A stretch of DNA of 64,000 bases from a virus. The stretch is from IMG/VR virus record IMGVR_UViG_3300010370_000029, positions 1 to 64,000 of that record; one strand, given 5' to 3'. A program made the position numbers and the translations under genes. Below the pieces are notes generated by a model, which worked only from the letters and a program-made list of their open reading frames with translations, had not been told where the DNA came from and did not search any database. Below, in pieces: positions 1 to 10,843 of this stretch. Every line of letters starts with the position of its first letter. The first letter of the stretch is position 1.

Positions 1-16
1 GATTTCATATAGTACC

Positions 17-23
17 TATTTAT
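17..23 (+). promoter_or_regulatory. TAYTTAT motif, putative phage late promoter (also at 9211, 13438, 23285, 28320, 31360, 34356, 54226, 57599)
   Basis: Same heptamer recurs about 25-65 nt upstream of nine gene starts in short intergenic gaps. Confidence 0.6.
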
Positions 24-55
24 ATGGTAGTTCTTAATTTAACCGGAGCGGAGTA

Positions 56-3000
56 GTGGCCGAAACACGTTTATCTGGGGTTTTAATCAAGACCGGTAGT
101 ATTCCCACATCAGCAATTAATAACTTTTCCGCAGAAGTCTCGTCCTCCATACCGCCAGGTGTGGTATCGTCGTCTGCGCAAATTGATGTTCGTAATACCA
201 CCGGTATTCAGACGATTGCCACTACGGGGTCAAATACCTTTAGAGGTAATCAAATTGTTACCGGTAGTTTGAACATTACGGGGTCAACCACACAAATTGG
301 TAATAATACATTAGCAGGAAACACACTATTATCGGGAACATTGATAATATCAAGTGCGCTCGGGGTTACCGATCCGTCCGTACATATATACGGCGACCTA
401 CAAGAAACAGGATATATACGATTCAATCCTACGACTACAAATATTGATTCAGGTATTAGTGCATCCTACATCTACGTCAGTGGGTCAACCAATGACTTAT
501 ATTTCACACAAAATGGAAGCGGATTCTTTAACACCACACGGTTACGGTGGTTAGAATCAAATTTATATACGGGTTTGCTAAATGGTGGTGTTATGTCGTC
601 TTCGTTGGGGTCAACGACATTTAGTATCACGTCGGGGTCTGGTCTTATCGTTACACAAAATGCAAGTCTTGCAAATGAACCGTACCCCGCAGTAAAATAT
701 GTCGTATGGGGAAATAAGACAAATGTTCCTATCACGTACTCGGGTTCCGCAAAGATTACCTACGTTGGATTAGATAGTAATGGCGATGTGGTACAACAAA
801 CCGCCGCGTGGGGGTCAACAAATATCGACCAATGGGATACAGAAATCTTCCTCGGGGTAGTATTGCATTTAAGTGGTAGTGTATCCACTGGGGTGTTTAA
901 TTCCCCACAAATTTCCTATGGTGGATTTCAAAAGAATGATGACTTTATTAGAGCATTCGGTCCATTAAAGGTAACGGGGCATACACTAACCGCAAGTGGG
1001 TCAAGTTTAGGAATTAATCGAACCGCAGGAACGGCATTCCGTGAGGGCTCAAATTATACAATTAATGCAAACCACCCATCCACGGTTACAGAAGCTGCAA
1101 CGACGACCTCAAAAATTTATCGGTATTACCTATCCGGATCCACACCAATCATTGATACAGGCGTTAGCGCAGCAGGATATACGGTCATTGACCCAACACA
1201 ATATGTAAACATTGCTACGGGACAATTAACCACAGTAACAGGAACTAGTCCAGCTACAAATCGCTGGACTGTTCAACGTGTATTCTGGGTTCCAAACTCC
1301 CCAACAAGTGCATTTATTGTTTATTACGGTAATGCAGAATATGCCACGCTACTTGACGCACGGAATGGTATTGATACCGAACCGTTCTCGGAAGCACCGA
1401 ATACGGCACTCAATGCAATATTCTTAGGTTATTTAATCGTTAGAAAAGATTGTACCAATTTAACAGATAGTGCAACGTCAGCAATCGTACAAGGCGGCAT
1501 TTTTCGTAGTGTGGGTGGTATAGGAGCATCTGGTGTTACCCCAGCATCAACCACACTAGCTTCACTATCTGATGTAGGAATTACAAGTCCTGCTGTGGGT
1601 GACTTGTTAGTATATGATGGTGCTATATGGCATAATACCAAGACGCTGAATGGAAATTACATATTGACAGGTAGTTTGACTACGAACGATGGTATTACGT
1701 CCGTATCGGTTACCAGTTCTCTGTACGGTACCAGTAGTTGGGCAGTTTCCGCATCACAAGCACTTACTGCCTCGTACGCATTAAATGCGGGTGGCTCTGG
1801 ATTCCCATTCTCTGGGAGTGCGGTTATTACGGGGTCACTATTAGTATCACAAAGTGGTATCGTAGTTACGGGGTCACTAAACGTTTCCCAAGGTATTACA
1901 GGATCATTGTTTGGGACCAGTAGTTTTGCAGTATCTGCTTCTTATGCACAAACTGCATCATTTGCCCTAACTCCACAAGGACCACAAGGCAATCAGGGTC
2001 CGCAAGGTAATCAAGGTCCACAGGGCAACCAAGGCCCTCAAGGGAATCAAGGTAATCAAGGTCCACAAGGCAATCAGGGTCCGCAAGGCAATCAAGGACC
2101 GCAGGGCAATCAAGGTCCACAAGGCAATCAGGGTCCGCAAGGTAACCAAGGACCAACTGGAAATACAGGTACCACCGGTCCACAGGGTAATCAAGGGCCA
2201 ACGGGGGTAACGGGGTCACAAGGCAATCAAGGACCACAAGGCAATCAAGGTCCACAAGGTAACCAAGGCCCTCAAGGCAATCAAGGACCAAGTGGACAAC
2301 AAGGTAATCAAGGTCCGCAGGGACTTGGGGCACAAGGTAATCAAGGTCCAACGGGTCAGCAAGGTAACCAAGGGCCACAAGGCAACCAAGGACCACAGGG
2401 TATTGCTGGGCCACAAGGCAATCAAGGTAATCAAGGTCCAACCGGCCCACAAGGAAACCAGGGCCCGCAAGGGAACCAAGGGCCACAAGGGAACCAAGGA
2501 CCGCAAGGGAACCAAGGCCCTCAGGGCAATCAAGGCCCACAGGGAAACCAGGGTCCGCAAGGCAACCAAGGACCAACCGGACCACAAGGCAATCAAGGCC
2601 CACAAGGAAACCAAGGACCAACCGGACCACAAGGTAACCAAGGTCCAACTGGAAATACGGGTACCACTGGTCCGCAAGGTAATCAAGGTCCAATTGGTTC
2701 ACAAGGCAATCAAGGTCCACAGGGCAATCAAGGACCACAAGGAAACTTAGGTCAGCAAGGCAACCAAGGCCCAACTGGTGGCACGGGTCCACAAGGAAAT
2801 CAAGGACCGCAAGGACTTGGGGCACAAGGTAATCAAGGTCCAACCGGCCCACAGGGAAACCAGGGTCCAATCGGAAGTACAGGCCCACAAGGTAATCAAG
2901 GCCCAACGGGGTCAACTGGAAGCACAGGTCCACAAGGTAATCAAGGCCCGCAAGGGGACCAAGGGCCACAAGGCAACCAAGGACCGCAGGGTAACCTAGG

Positions 3001-4186
3001 CCCACAAGGAAACCAAGGACCAACTGGACCTCAAGGTAATCAAGGACCAACCGGTGACACGGGTAGTACTGGACCACAAGGGAACCAGGGTCCGTTAGGT
3101 CCACAAGGTAATTTAGGTCCACAAGGGAACCAAGGTCCAACCGGAAATACAGGTGGTACCGGTCCACAAGGAAACCAAGGTCCAAGTGGTGCTACTGGTC
3201 CACAAGGCAATCAAGGACCGCAAGGATTAGGCCCACAAGGTAATCAAGGTCCAACCGGCGGTACAGGTCCAACCGGACCACAAGGCCGACAAGGCCCACA
3301 AGGCAATCAAGGCCCACAAGGCAATCAAGGCCCAACCGGACCACAAGGAAACCAAGGACCAACAGGACCACAAGGAAATTTGGGACCACAAGGGCGCCAA
3401 GGCCCACAAGGCAATCAAGGACCAACCGGAAATACAGGTGGCACTGGTCCACAAGGCAATCAAGGACCAACCGGCGGTACAGGCCCAACCGGACCACAAG
3501 GTAATCAAGGACCAACCGGCGGTACAGGCCCAACCGGACCGCAAGGCAATCAAGGCCCAACCGGACCAACCGGCGGTGCAGGTCCAACCGGACCACAAGG
3601 CCGCCAAGGCCCGCAGGGGAACCAAGGCCCAACCGGAAATACAGGTGGTACTGGTCCACAAGGCAATCAAGGCCCAACCGGACCAACCGGCGGTGCAGGT
3701 CCAACCGGACCACAAGGCCGCCAAGGCCCGCAGGGGAACCAAGGTCCAACCGGACCACAAGGTGCAGCTGGTGGATTTACTACAAACTCTAACGCCCAAG
3801 TAAACTCTTTAGGCGTTGGCACAGCTGCATCGGGTACGGCTGGTAATATTCGTGCAACTAACGACATTGTTGCCTACTATTCATCAGATGCTAGATTAAA
3901 GAAAAATAAGCAAGTTATTGCCAGTGCAATTGAAAAGATTCGTCAATTGGGTGGATATGAGTTTGATTGGATACCGATGGAAGGTATTCACGAAAACTAT
4001 GGTCACGACATCGGTGTTATCGCTCAAGAAATTGAAAGAGTCATTCCTGAAGTCGTTATCACCAGAGAAAATGGGTATATGGCCGTTCGTTATGAAAAGA
4101 TTGTCGCCCTATTAATTCAAGCAATCAAGGAATTAGACCTAGAAATTGAAAAATTAAAGAATAAGGACTTGACAACAGACGAGTAA
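56..4186 (+). CDS. Collagen-like long tail fibre with C-terminal intramolecular chaperone (peptidase S74-like)
   Basis: Ser/Thr/Gly-rich N-terminal half, about 597 aa of Gly-X-Y repeats, C-terminal SDARLKKN...[15 protein letters not shown]...[17 protein letters not shown] typical of S74 chaperones; GTG start preceded by GGAG. Confidence 0.88.
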   Translation: MAETRLSGVLIKTGSIPTSAINNFSAEVSSSIPPGVVSSSAQIDVRNTTGIQTIATTGSNTFRGNQIVTGSLNITGSTTQIGNNTLAGNTLLSGTLIISSALGVTDPSVHIYGDLQETGYIRFNPTTTNIDSGISASYIYVSGSTNDLYFTQNGSGFFNTTRLRWLESNLYTGLLNGGVMSSSLGSTTFSITSGSGLIVTQNASLANEPYPAVKYVVWGNKTNVPITYSGSAKITYVGLDSNGDVVQQTAAWGSTNIDQWDTEIFLGVVLHLSGSVSTGVFNSPQISYGGFQKNDDFIRAFGPLKVTGHTLTASGSSLGINRTAGTAFREGSNYTINANHPSTVTEAATTTSKIYRYYLSGSTPIIDTGVSAAGYTVIDPTQYVNIATGQLTTVTGTSPATNRWTVQRVFWVPNSPTSAFIVYYGNAEYATLLDARNGIDTEPFSEAPNTALNAIFLGYLIVRKDCTNLTDSATSAIVQGGIFRSVGGIGASGVTPASTTLASLSDVGITSPAVGDLLVYDGAIWHNTKTLNGNYILTGSLTTNDGITSVSVTSSLYGTSSWAVSASQALTASYALNAGGSGFPFSGSAVITGSLLVSQSGIVVTGSLNVSQGITGSLFGTSSFAVSASYAQTASFALTPQGPQGNQGPQGNQGPQGNQGPQGNQGNQGPQGNQGPQGNQGPQGNQGPQGNQGPQGNQGPTGNTGTTGPQGNQGPTGVTGSQGNQGPQGNQGPQGNQGPQGNQGPSGQQGNQGPQGLGAQGNQGPTGQQGNQGPQGNQGPQGIAGPQGNQGNQGPTGPQGNQGPQGNQGPQGNQGPQGNQGPQGNQGPQGNQGPQGNQGPTGPQGNQGPQGNQGPTGPQGNQGPTGNTGTTGPQGNQGPIGSQGNQGPQGNQGPQGNLGQQGNQGPTGGTGPQGNQGPQGLGAQGNQGPTGPQGNQGPIGSTGPQGNQGPTGSTGSTGPQGNQGPQGDQGPQGNQGPQGNLGPQGNQGPTGPQGNQGPTGDTGSTGPQGNQGPLGPQGNLGPQGNQGPTGNTGGTGPQGNQGPSGATGPQGNQGPQGLGPQGNQGPTGGTGPTGPQGRQGPQGNQGPQGNQGPTGPQGNQGPTGPQGNLGPQGRQGPQGNQGPTGNTGGTGPQGNQGPTGGTGPTGPQGNQGPTGGTGPTGPQGNQGPTGPTGGAGPTGPQGRQGPQGNQGPTGNTGGTGPQGNQGPTGPTGGAGPTGPQGRQGPQGNQGPTGPQGAAGGFTTNSNAQVNSLGVGTAASGTAGNIRATNDIVAYYSSDARLKKNKQVIASAIEKIRQLGGYEFDWIPMEGIHENYGHDIGVIAQEIERVIPEVVITRENGYMAVRYEKIVALLIQAIKELDLEIEKLKNKDLTTDE
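1979..3769 (+). repeat. Gly-X-Y collagen repeat tract (GPQ/GNQ/GPT)
   Basis: About 199 triplets; three Gly-Leu-Gly interruptions at 2321, 2813 and 3224; 86-nt exact duplication 3542-3627 / 3659-3744. Confidence 0.97.
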
Positions 4187-4197
4187 AGGTGTATACT
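4169..4197 (+). promoter_or_regulatory. sigma70-type promoter
   Basis: TTGACA-17 nt-TATACT. Confidence 0.8.
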
Positions 4198-4249
4198 AAA
4201 TAGGTTACAACGCATAAGGACTATAAATGAGTTATATTACAATAAAAAT

Positions 4250-4314
4250 AAACACACGTATTCATACTGCCATATGAGAATTTCTTATATGTTGGTATGA
4301 ATACGTTTTGTTTT
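4250..4314 (+). terminator. Long hairpin followed by a T-rich tract; possible attenuator or terminator
   Basis: CGTATTCATAC (4257-4267) pairs perfectly with GTATGAATACG (4295-4305); inner stem CATATGAGA/TCTTATATG; then TTTTGTTTT. Confidence 0.6.
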
Positions 4315-4334
4315 ACACCAATTAAGGAGTTTCT

Positions 4335-5276
4335 ATGAAAGACATTATGAATCATTTTACTAATGTTAACGGTATCTTGTGGTATATGGATTCGCTAGAA
4401 GTTAACGGAAGTGCGCTGACATTCAAAGGATGGCTGGCTCACACAGAACAAGCTATCAGCTCGATAACACTTAATAACCAACCAATCCTTACGACCATCG
4501 GATTTCGACCAGATGTGGTTAAGGTGTATCCATTTTTAAAGACACCCCACGTTGGCGTCGAAGTAACAATCGATAGAAATCAAATCAAGGATTCCGTAGG
4601 ACTTATTTTAGCGGACGGGTCAACGGTTCAGAATATTGGTACATTTGAGAAGTGGGCGATATTTTATTCTGGATTTAATCCGATACAAAAGAAAGGGGTC
4701 GTAGTCGTCGATAACTTCTACGACAATCCAGATTGGATTCGTTCATTCGCAATGAATAATTTGACATTCGCTGGTTCGGATTATCATCGGGGTAAGCGTA
4801 GTGAAGAACGTTTCATTCTAAACGGAACGAAGGAAGCTTTCGAGCGTATCTTAGGTAAAGAAATTATTAATTGGAATGACCCGTCATATGCAAATGGAAA
4901 GTTCCAATACTGCACATCAACAGACCCGATTGTATACCACGTTGACACACAAACATACGCTGCGATGGTATACCTCACGCCTGATGCCCCATTAAACTCT
5001 GGAACCGCAACGTATCGTAGTAAGATTACGGGAGCAACCCGATTTGACAACTATGATGACAATCCAGAACTGTATGAACGTACATTTAAGGGTCGGTCAA
5101 GTCAAATGAATTTCTACGACAATAGTACCTACGAATTAGTTGATAGTATTGCAAACGTGTATAACCGATTGGTAATGTTCGATGCAAAGACGTTACATGC
5201 TGCTACTAACTACTTCGGTGATAGTATTGAAACCGCTCGATTCTTCCAACTGTTCTTCTTTGATGTAGCGTGGTAA
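4335..5276 (+). CDS. DUF6445-like 2OG-Fe(II) oxygenase-fold protein with extra N-terminal domain
   Basis: VVVVDNFYDNPD, HVD...YLTPDAP..SGT, YNRLVMFD...H...R.FQLFFFD; AAGGAG RBS. Confidence 0.7.
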   Translation: MKDIMNHFTNVNGILWYMDSLEVNGSALTFKGWLAHTEQAISSITLNNQPILTTIGFRPDVVKVYPFLKTPHVGVEVTIDRNQIKDSVGLILADGSTVQNIGTFEKWAIFYSGFNPIQKKGVVVVDNFYDNPDWIRSFAMNNLTFAGSDYHRGKRSEERFILNGTKEAFERILGKEIINWNDPSYANGKFQYCTSTDPIVYHVDTQTYAAMVYLTPDAPLNSGTATYRSKITGATRFDNYDDNPELYERTFKGRSSQMNFYDNSTYELVDSIANVYNRLVMFDAKTLHAATNYFGDSIETARFFQLFFFDVAW

Positions 5277-5277
5277 A

Positions 5278-6096
5278 ATGCAGGTAATTGATTGTGTTAT
5301 CTTTTCGGACGAGGTTGATTTACTAAAGAAGCGTCTGGCATATTACGATGACAAAGTAGACCAGTTTGTAATATGTGAAGCAGACAAAAACTTTTATGGG
5401 GAAGATAGAGAATTGGTATTTCCCACAATTCGTGACGAACTAAAAAATAAAGACAAAATAACATATTTGGTTAATCGTGAGTTTGAACACGTATCAAAAG
5501 GGATTGAATATACGTGGCCACAAGGTCCGTGGATAAATGAATGGAAGCTACGAGAACAGCTTAATTCATTTATCGCCGACCAACTGGACGATGATATTAT
5601 CATTATAAGTGACACGGATGAGTTTTACGACAAGCGGTTCATATATGACCACGGAAAGCCGGTCACGTTTATGATGACAAACAATTACTTTTATGTAAAT
5701 TACGTAGATAATAAAACGACAATACCAGGCCCGCAATTATTTACTAAGAAGAATTATTATGATTTTGCGGGTACAGAATTTGAATATTATTCGGCACATT
5801 TAAATTCTGTTCAAGGGATGAGAAACAGTCCAATGTCGGGATTTAAGAAGATTATTTATGATGCAGCGTGGCATTTCAGTTATTTGGGTGGGTTACCATC
5901 TATACGAAAGAAATTAAACAACTTTTCTCATTCTGAGCTAATGCACTATCAAAATCAGCCAGATGAGTATTTCTTAGATAAGATTTCAAAGTTTGAAGAT
6001 ATTTTTGGTAGACCCGTAACGTATGGAATCAAAGATAACTTGACGCAAGAGCTTAAAGAATTATTTAATACGCCAGAGTATTATTATTCAGTATAA
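5278..6096 (+). CDS. Glycosyltransferase family 17-like (GlcNAc transferase)
   Basis: DCVIFSDEVDLL..RL, VDQFVICEA, ISDTDE, WHFSYLGG...KLNNFSHSE. Confidence 0.8.
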   Translation: MQVIDCVIFSDEVDLLKKRLAYYDDKVDQFVICEADKNFYGEDRELVFPTIRDELKNKDKITYLVNREFEHVSKGIEYTWPQGPWINEWKLREQLNSFIADQLDDDIIIISDTDEFYDKRFIYDHGKPVTFMMTNNYFYVNYVDNKTTIPGPQLFTKKNYYDFAGTEFEYYSAHLNSVQGMRNSPMSGFKKIIYDAAWHFSYLGGLPSIRKKLNNFSHSELMHYQNQPDEYFLDKISKFEDIFGRPVTYGIKDNLTQELKELFNTPEYYYSV

Positions 6097-6103
6097 GGAG
6101 AGC

Positions 6104-7924
6104 ATGGTGTTAAAATTACATTTATTTACTAGATGTACTCGGTTACATAATCTAGAAAAAATTAAACAAACGGTATTTCCAAGCCCATTTGATGTGGTTT
6201 GGCATTTGTTATTTGATACTACTACACTTAAGGATATTGATGCGGAGCTGTTAAACCGACTGCAAAATAACCAAACACGGTTTTATTTTCTTAAAAGTAA
6301 TGGGACTGATTATCTTTATCCGCAAATCAGTACGATAGTGGCGGGGGTTGAAGAAGGATTCGTCTCAATTCTAGATGATGATAACATCCTACACCCAGAC
6401 TTCTATACTGAATTACTGGAAGCGATTCAACAAAATCCAACCAAGAAAGGATTTGTGTTTGAACAATATGTCGGTGGAAATGATTTTACGGGATTAGAGA
6501 TTCGTAAGGTAGGCCCAGAACATATGAAGCTCCGTCATATAGATTCTGCCCAATATGCCTTACATACATCTCTGTATAGTCTAAAAACATATGAAGGTGG
6601 GTATGATGCGGACGGTCGATTTATTGAACCTTTATATAATCTTGTACCCGATGAGTTTCACTTTATCCACAAGGTACTGTGTTTTTACAACTACTTAACA
6701 GCTGTCAAGAAAGCTAGAGTACCAAAGGTATTATATATTGGTCCTGATGAGCCAAAGCTTGAAAGTATAAATTACTTGGGGTACGAAGATGTTAGTTTAG
6801 ATGTCACGTACGCCAAGGATGATGCACAGTTAAACAATATTTTAATAAACGTCAAACCCGATTCTATTATTACCGTATCGGATGATTATAAAAAGTTTCC
6901 AAATCTGTGTTATTCAAATTTAGAAGTACGTAAAAAGTGGATGACTGTTCCTCCAACGCAACAGAATATCGGAGATATCGCATATAATTGTGCGATGAAT
7001 CAAATGCTTGAACAAAGTAATGAACATTTGATTTCGTACTTTACTCCAATTTATAACACAGGAACTAAGCTAGTCCGAACATACGAATCGTTGAAAGAGC
7101 AAACCTATCAAAATTGGGAATGGGTGATGGTTAACGATTCATCCGATGGTGGTAAAACGTTAAAAATCGCAGAGCAAATCGCAGCACAAGACCCCAGAGT
7201 TAGAGTATATGATTTTAGAGAAAAGACCAAGGGAATCATTGGGGAATCAAAATATAGAGCTGCGTGTTTGACTCGGGGTAAGTGGCTCGCAGAACTGGAC
7301 CACGACGACTTATTAACCGACAACTGTTCGATGGATGTGATGAACGCAGCAAATAAGTTTCCCGATGCTGGATTTATTTATAATGATAGCGTCGAAGTAA
7401 CCGAAGATTGGGTATCGCTTACATATGGGGAAGGATTCTCTCTTGGGTATGGCACGTATAGAAAAGTTAATTATCGGGGATGTAATTGGGATGTTGCTTT
7501 AACCTCGAACATCAACCCAAAAACAATTCGTCATATTGTTGGAGTACCGAACCACGTACGAGTATGGCGTCGTGATGTGTACTTCGCCGTCGGTGGTCAC
7601 AATAGAGACTTGGCTATAGCAGATGATTATGAATTGATTGTACGAACATTTCTACACACTAAATTTGTAAAGATACCAAAGCTCGGATACATTCAGTTTA
7701 TTTATAATAATCACACGGGTCAGAATACACACGATTTGTCGAGGGCAGATATTCAACGTAGAGTTAGAACAATTATGTATCATTATAATGCTAGGATTGC
7801 ACAAAGATTCGCAGAACTTGGCGTAGACGATTATCCATATCGAATCAACCCAAATGACCCGTTAAGCGTACCAAGTCGATTTGGAACAGAAGAAAACTTT
7901 GTAAATTACATTTACGAGGATTAA
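6104..7924 (+). CDS. Two-domain GT-A (family 2-like) glycosyltransferase
   Basis: ILDDDN in the N-terminal domain; ISYFTPIYN..QTYQNWEWVMVNDSS, ELDHDD, DDYELIVR in the C-terminal domain. Confidence 0.85.
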   Translation: MVLKLHLFTRCTRLHNLEKIKQTVFPSPFDVVWHLLFDTTTLKDIDAELLNRLQNNQTRFYFLKSNGTDYLYPQISTIVAGVEEGFVSILDDDNILHPDFYTELLEAIQQNPTKKGFVFEQYVGGNDFTGLEIRKVGPEHMKLRHIDSAQYALHTSLYSLKTYEGGYDADGRFIEPLYNLVPDEFHFIHKVLCFYNYLTAVKKARVPKVLYIGPDEPKLESINYLGYEDVSLDVTYAKDDAQLNNILINVKPDSIITVSDDYKKFPNLCYSNLEVRKKWMTVPPTQQNIGDIAYNCAMNQMLEQSNEHLISYFTPIYNTGTKLVRTYESLKEQTYQNWEWVMVNDSSDGGKTLKIAEQIAAQDPRVRVYDFREKTKGIIGESKYRAACLTRGKWLAELDHDDLLTDNCSMDVMNAANKFPDAGFIYNDSVEVTEDWVSLTYGEGFSLGYGTYRKVNYRGCNWDVALTSNINPKTIRHIVGVPNHVRVWRRDVYFAVGGHNRDLAIADDYELIVRTFLHTKFVKIPKLGYIQFIYNNHTGQNTHDLSRADIQRRVRTIMYHYNARIAQRFAELGVDDYPYRINPNDPLSVPSRFGTEENFVNYIYED

Positions 7925-7925
7925 A

Positions 7926-8588
7926 ATGTACTCTATCGTTATACCCACGATGTGGAAGCAGCACCTAGGACGATTTAGAGAAGTGCTAGTTGATTTAAAT
8001 AATAGCAGTTTGGTTAATGAAATTATTTTGATAGATAATGATTCGAATTCTTGCCCAACTGAAATGTTAACGGGTTTAAGTAAATTACAGTATAACAAGC
8101 AAATAGAAAATATATATGTAAACCCAGCGTGGAACTTAGGAGTTGATATCTCTACGAGTGAATATGTGATGATTCTAAACGACGATGTATGGTGCAATCC
8201 ATCGATACCATATATATTAACTGCACATCAATCGCACGCTGATAAAGAAAACGGAATCTACGGATTATCTACGAGTTGCTTTTTATGTGAAGATATGATT
8301 ACGGATGTCCACAATACGGAAATTCAAGTAGTCAATACAGAAGGTCGAGGTACGGGGTGGGGGTGTTTATTTATGTTTAAGCGAGACAGATGGACGCCTA
8401 TCCCAAATGAATTAAAAGTCTGGTTTGGTGATGATTTTATAACCAGAGAGTTTACAAAACGTAGTGATGTAGTGTATTCAATTAAAAATGTTTGTGTAAC
8501 GGAATGGTCGATCACCTCTAGATTACCTGAATTTACCCCGATTACTGAAAACGACAAGGAAATATATTTTTCTAAATATTCTAACTAA
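7926..8588 (+). CDS. GT2-like glycosyltransferase
   Basis: YSIVIPT, EIILIDN, NPAWNLG, ILNDD, WFGDD. Confidence 0.8.
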   Translation: MYSIVIPTMWKQHLGRFREVLVDLNNSSLVNEIILIDNDSNSCPTEMLTGLSKLQYNKQIENIYVNPAWNLGVDISTSEYVMILNDDVWCNPSIPYILTAHQSHADKENGIYGLSTSCFLCEDMITDVHNTEIQVVNTEGRGTGWGCLFMFKRDRWTPIPNELKVWFGDDFITREFTKRSDVVYSIKNVCVTEWSITSRLPEFTPITENDKEIYFSKYSN

Positions 8589-8598
8589 GGAGTTATGT

Positions 8599-9183
8599 AT
8601 GCAAAACACTTTTATTTTCCCAAAAAAGCACGTAGATTCACAGAACTACTACTGGTTTGACAAAGGGTTTAGTGACCAAGAGCTTGATAAGATTTATCGG
8701 GAAGTTGGCGAAATCCCATTCCAAGAAGCAACCACTGCTGGTGGGAATAAGCAAATCCGCTCATCATCTATTAAGTGGGTTCCCCAAACCGAAAAGTGGG
8801 AATGGCTATATGATAAGTTGATGCGAATGGCTATCGAAGCTAATGATGTACTTTGGAACTTCGATTTACATACCGCACCAGAAGGAATTCAATACACCGA
8901 ATACCACGCTTCTGCTGGTGGTCATTATGGATGGCACCAAGACATCGGACCTGGCATGTTATCACTCCGAAAGGTGTCTATTACCGTACAATTAGCTGCT
9001 CCAGATGAATATGAAGGCGGTGATTTAGAAATCTGGCAGGGTGGAGATGGTCCACTTCAAGCCCCACGGGGTCGTGGAAATGTGGTTATTTTCCCATCCT
9101 ATATGATGCACCGGGTTGCCCCAGTCACTAAGGGAACTCGTCGGTCCTTCGTATTGTGGCTTGGTGGTGACCATTATCGGTAA
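8599..9183 (+). CDS. PKHD/P4Hc-type 2OG-Fe(II) hydroxylase
   Basis: QYTEY...WHQD, RKVSITVQL, YEGGDL, FPSYMMHRVAPVTKGTRRSFVLW. Confidence 0.9.
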   Translation: MQNTFIFPKKHVDSQNYYWFDKGFSDQELDKIYREVGEIPFQEATTAGGNKQIRSSSIKWVPQTEKWEWLYDKLMRMAIEANDVLWNFDLHTAPEGIQYTEYHASAGGHYGWHQDIGPGMLSLRKVSITVQLAAPDEYEGGDLEIWQGGDGPLQAPRGRGNVVIFPSYMMHRVAPVTKGTRRSFVLWLGGDHYR

Positions 9184-9244
9184 AATTTGTCTATTATTGG
9201 TTAAATTAGATATTTATAGTGGTACCTTTCCATAAGAGACATAC

Positions 9245-10060
9245 ATGGGTATTTTAGAACGAGTATTGGCCGGGGCGAGTTTTACAAGAAGAACACTTAC
9301 TATTCCTACATTTTATGCAGGAATAGTAAGTGGGGCTATGGCACCTCGTCCCGGTGGGGCATTTATTTTATTAAATGCAGAATCAAATAAGACCACGCGA
9401 ATCAGATTATATTCGGACAGTGCTAGTGTCAATATTGATGCTAGTAGAGGGCCTACCGATTTCAATCTCAACGATTCAGTTGCATTAATCTCCGATATTT
9501 CTTTAATACAAGGAACTGGTCTAAGCCTTGATTTAAATCCGCCTATTATCGGAAACACGTTTAGTAATGGTGATGTATGGTATCATATTAGTAGTTCATT
9601 CGGTCCTACAGCGGTGAACTTAACAGTATATGATTTTGGAGTTGTTGGAGATAGTATCACCGACCGCACTTCATTAATAATAAGTCGGTCATCTATCCCT
9701 ACTACGGGGTATGGCGTGTCTGGTAGTATTACCACAAAGAAGAGTTTTATAATATTAAGTGGTAGCGCCACAACAGGATCACGGTTAAGACTATATTCAA
9801 CACGAATTGAAGATGTTCCGTCATCAGAACAAACGCGGTCATTCGATACGGCCTCGTCGGCCGCATCACAATTGATTGCAGACGTTATTTTTGATACTGG
9901 AAGTTTTGCATACAAGTTTGTTCCTGTGTTGGAAGCCTACACGTGGGAAGCTGGAAACCTTTCTACTGGAACCGGAACGCTTGGGTATCAATTAGAAAAT
10001 AGAACGGGTGCTACACAAAATATCACCGCGTCACTCTACATTCTCTCCACAGAAGAATAA
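9245..10060 (+). CDS. Hypothetical, probable virion protein with internal duplication
   Basis: Two RIRLYS/RLRLYS...L(I)SD/LIAD half-repeats; follows a TAYTTAT motif. Confidence 0.55.
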   Translation: MGILERVLAGASFTRRTLTIPTFYAGIVSGAMAPRPGGAFILLNAESNKTTRIRLYSDSASVNIDASRGPTDFNLNDSVALISDISLIQGTGLSLDLNPPIIGNTFSNGDVWYHISSSFGPTAVNLTVYDFGVVGDSITDRTSLIISRSSIPTTGYGVSGSITTKKSFIILSGSATTGSRLRLYSTRIEDVPSSEQTRSFDTASSAASQLIADVIFDTGSFAYKFVPVLEAYTWEAGNLSTGTGTLGYQLENRTGATQNITASLYILSTEE

Positions 10061-10061
10061 T

Positions 10062-10304
10062 ATGAGATTTTATCCATTTGGGTCGGGTTCAGCAAATTTA
10101 CAATCCGTATTAACTGCTTCGTATGCTAGTTATGCAGCAACAGCGAGTGCAGCTATACGAGTTTATACGGCATCGAAAGCTATTACAGGCGTGGCTGGTG
10201 TAAATGGTTCTGATGGGATTTGTATATATGTACAAGGACCACAAGGAGCAACCGGTAGTAAAGGACCAACGGGAGCACCCGGTGGTATTTCCGACGCTTT
10301 CTAG
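10062..10304 (+). CDS. Small collagen-segment virion protein (paralogue 1)
   Basis: MRFYPFG start, ASYA repeats, GPQGATGSKGPTGAPG. Confidence 0.6.
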   Translation: MRFYPFGSGSANLQSVLTASYASYAATASAAIRVYTASKAITGVAGVNGSDGICIYVQGPQGATGSKGPTGAPGGISDAF

Positions 10305-10312
10305 GATTATTT

Positions 10313-10843
10313 ATGCAATTTTTTCCTCATAATGTACCAATAAGCATTACCAATACCGCGGTAAGTGCAAGCTTAACACAAACGGCACAGTTTTTATATA
10401 ATTTAGGTACCATAGCAATTAATACCGCGAGTTTGGCACTTAATATTTCTGGGTCTACTGGTGCTAGTGGGTCGAACTATACCAAGACGGGTGCAACGGG
10501 TCCACAAGGATCGACCGGCCCATCTGGATATCGTGGAAATAGTGTGTATCTGTTATCTATAGCCAGAAGTACGGGGTCTAATACTGTGTGCTACACCACA
10601 GACGCTCTTGGTACCGCTACATTTAATGGGGTAAATTATACTTGTAATTACGGATTTGCACAAACCTATTACGCCAATGCGAGTTCATTAACGAACGGAG
10701 TAGTATTATATTATGATTCATCATGTTCATCACTCGCAGTTAACCTATCAAGTTTATCAGACCCAACAAGTAACGCGATATTCAATACCGATGGCGCTGG
10801 AACTATCACTCTCACCGGCAACACTTGCGCGAGCAGCATCTAA
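10313..10843 (+). CDS. Small collagen-segment virion protein (paralogue 2)
   Basis: MQFFP start, GATGPQGSTGPSGYRG, Cys-containing C-terminal domain. Confidence 0.6.
   Translation: MQFFPHNVPISITNTAVSASLTQTAQFLYNLGTIAINTASLALNISGSTGASGSNYTKTGATGPQGSTGPSGYRGNSVYLLSIARSTGSNTVCYTTDALGTATFNGVNYTCNYGFAQTYYANASSLTNGVVLYYDSSCSSLAVNLSSLSDPTSNAIFNTDGAGTITLTGNTCASSI

Noticed and set aside
1979-3769. Repeat tract as a CRISPR array or DGR template
   Set aside because: 9/18-nt codon-level periodicity with synonymous variation, no unique spacers, and no reverse transcriptase in the window.
1896-3867. Long alternative-frame and reverse-strand ORFs over the fibre gene
   Set aside because: They are shadows of the stop-poor Gly-X-Y repeat, with low-complexity translations and no RBS.
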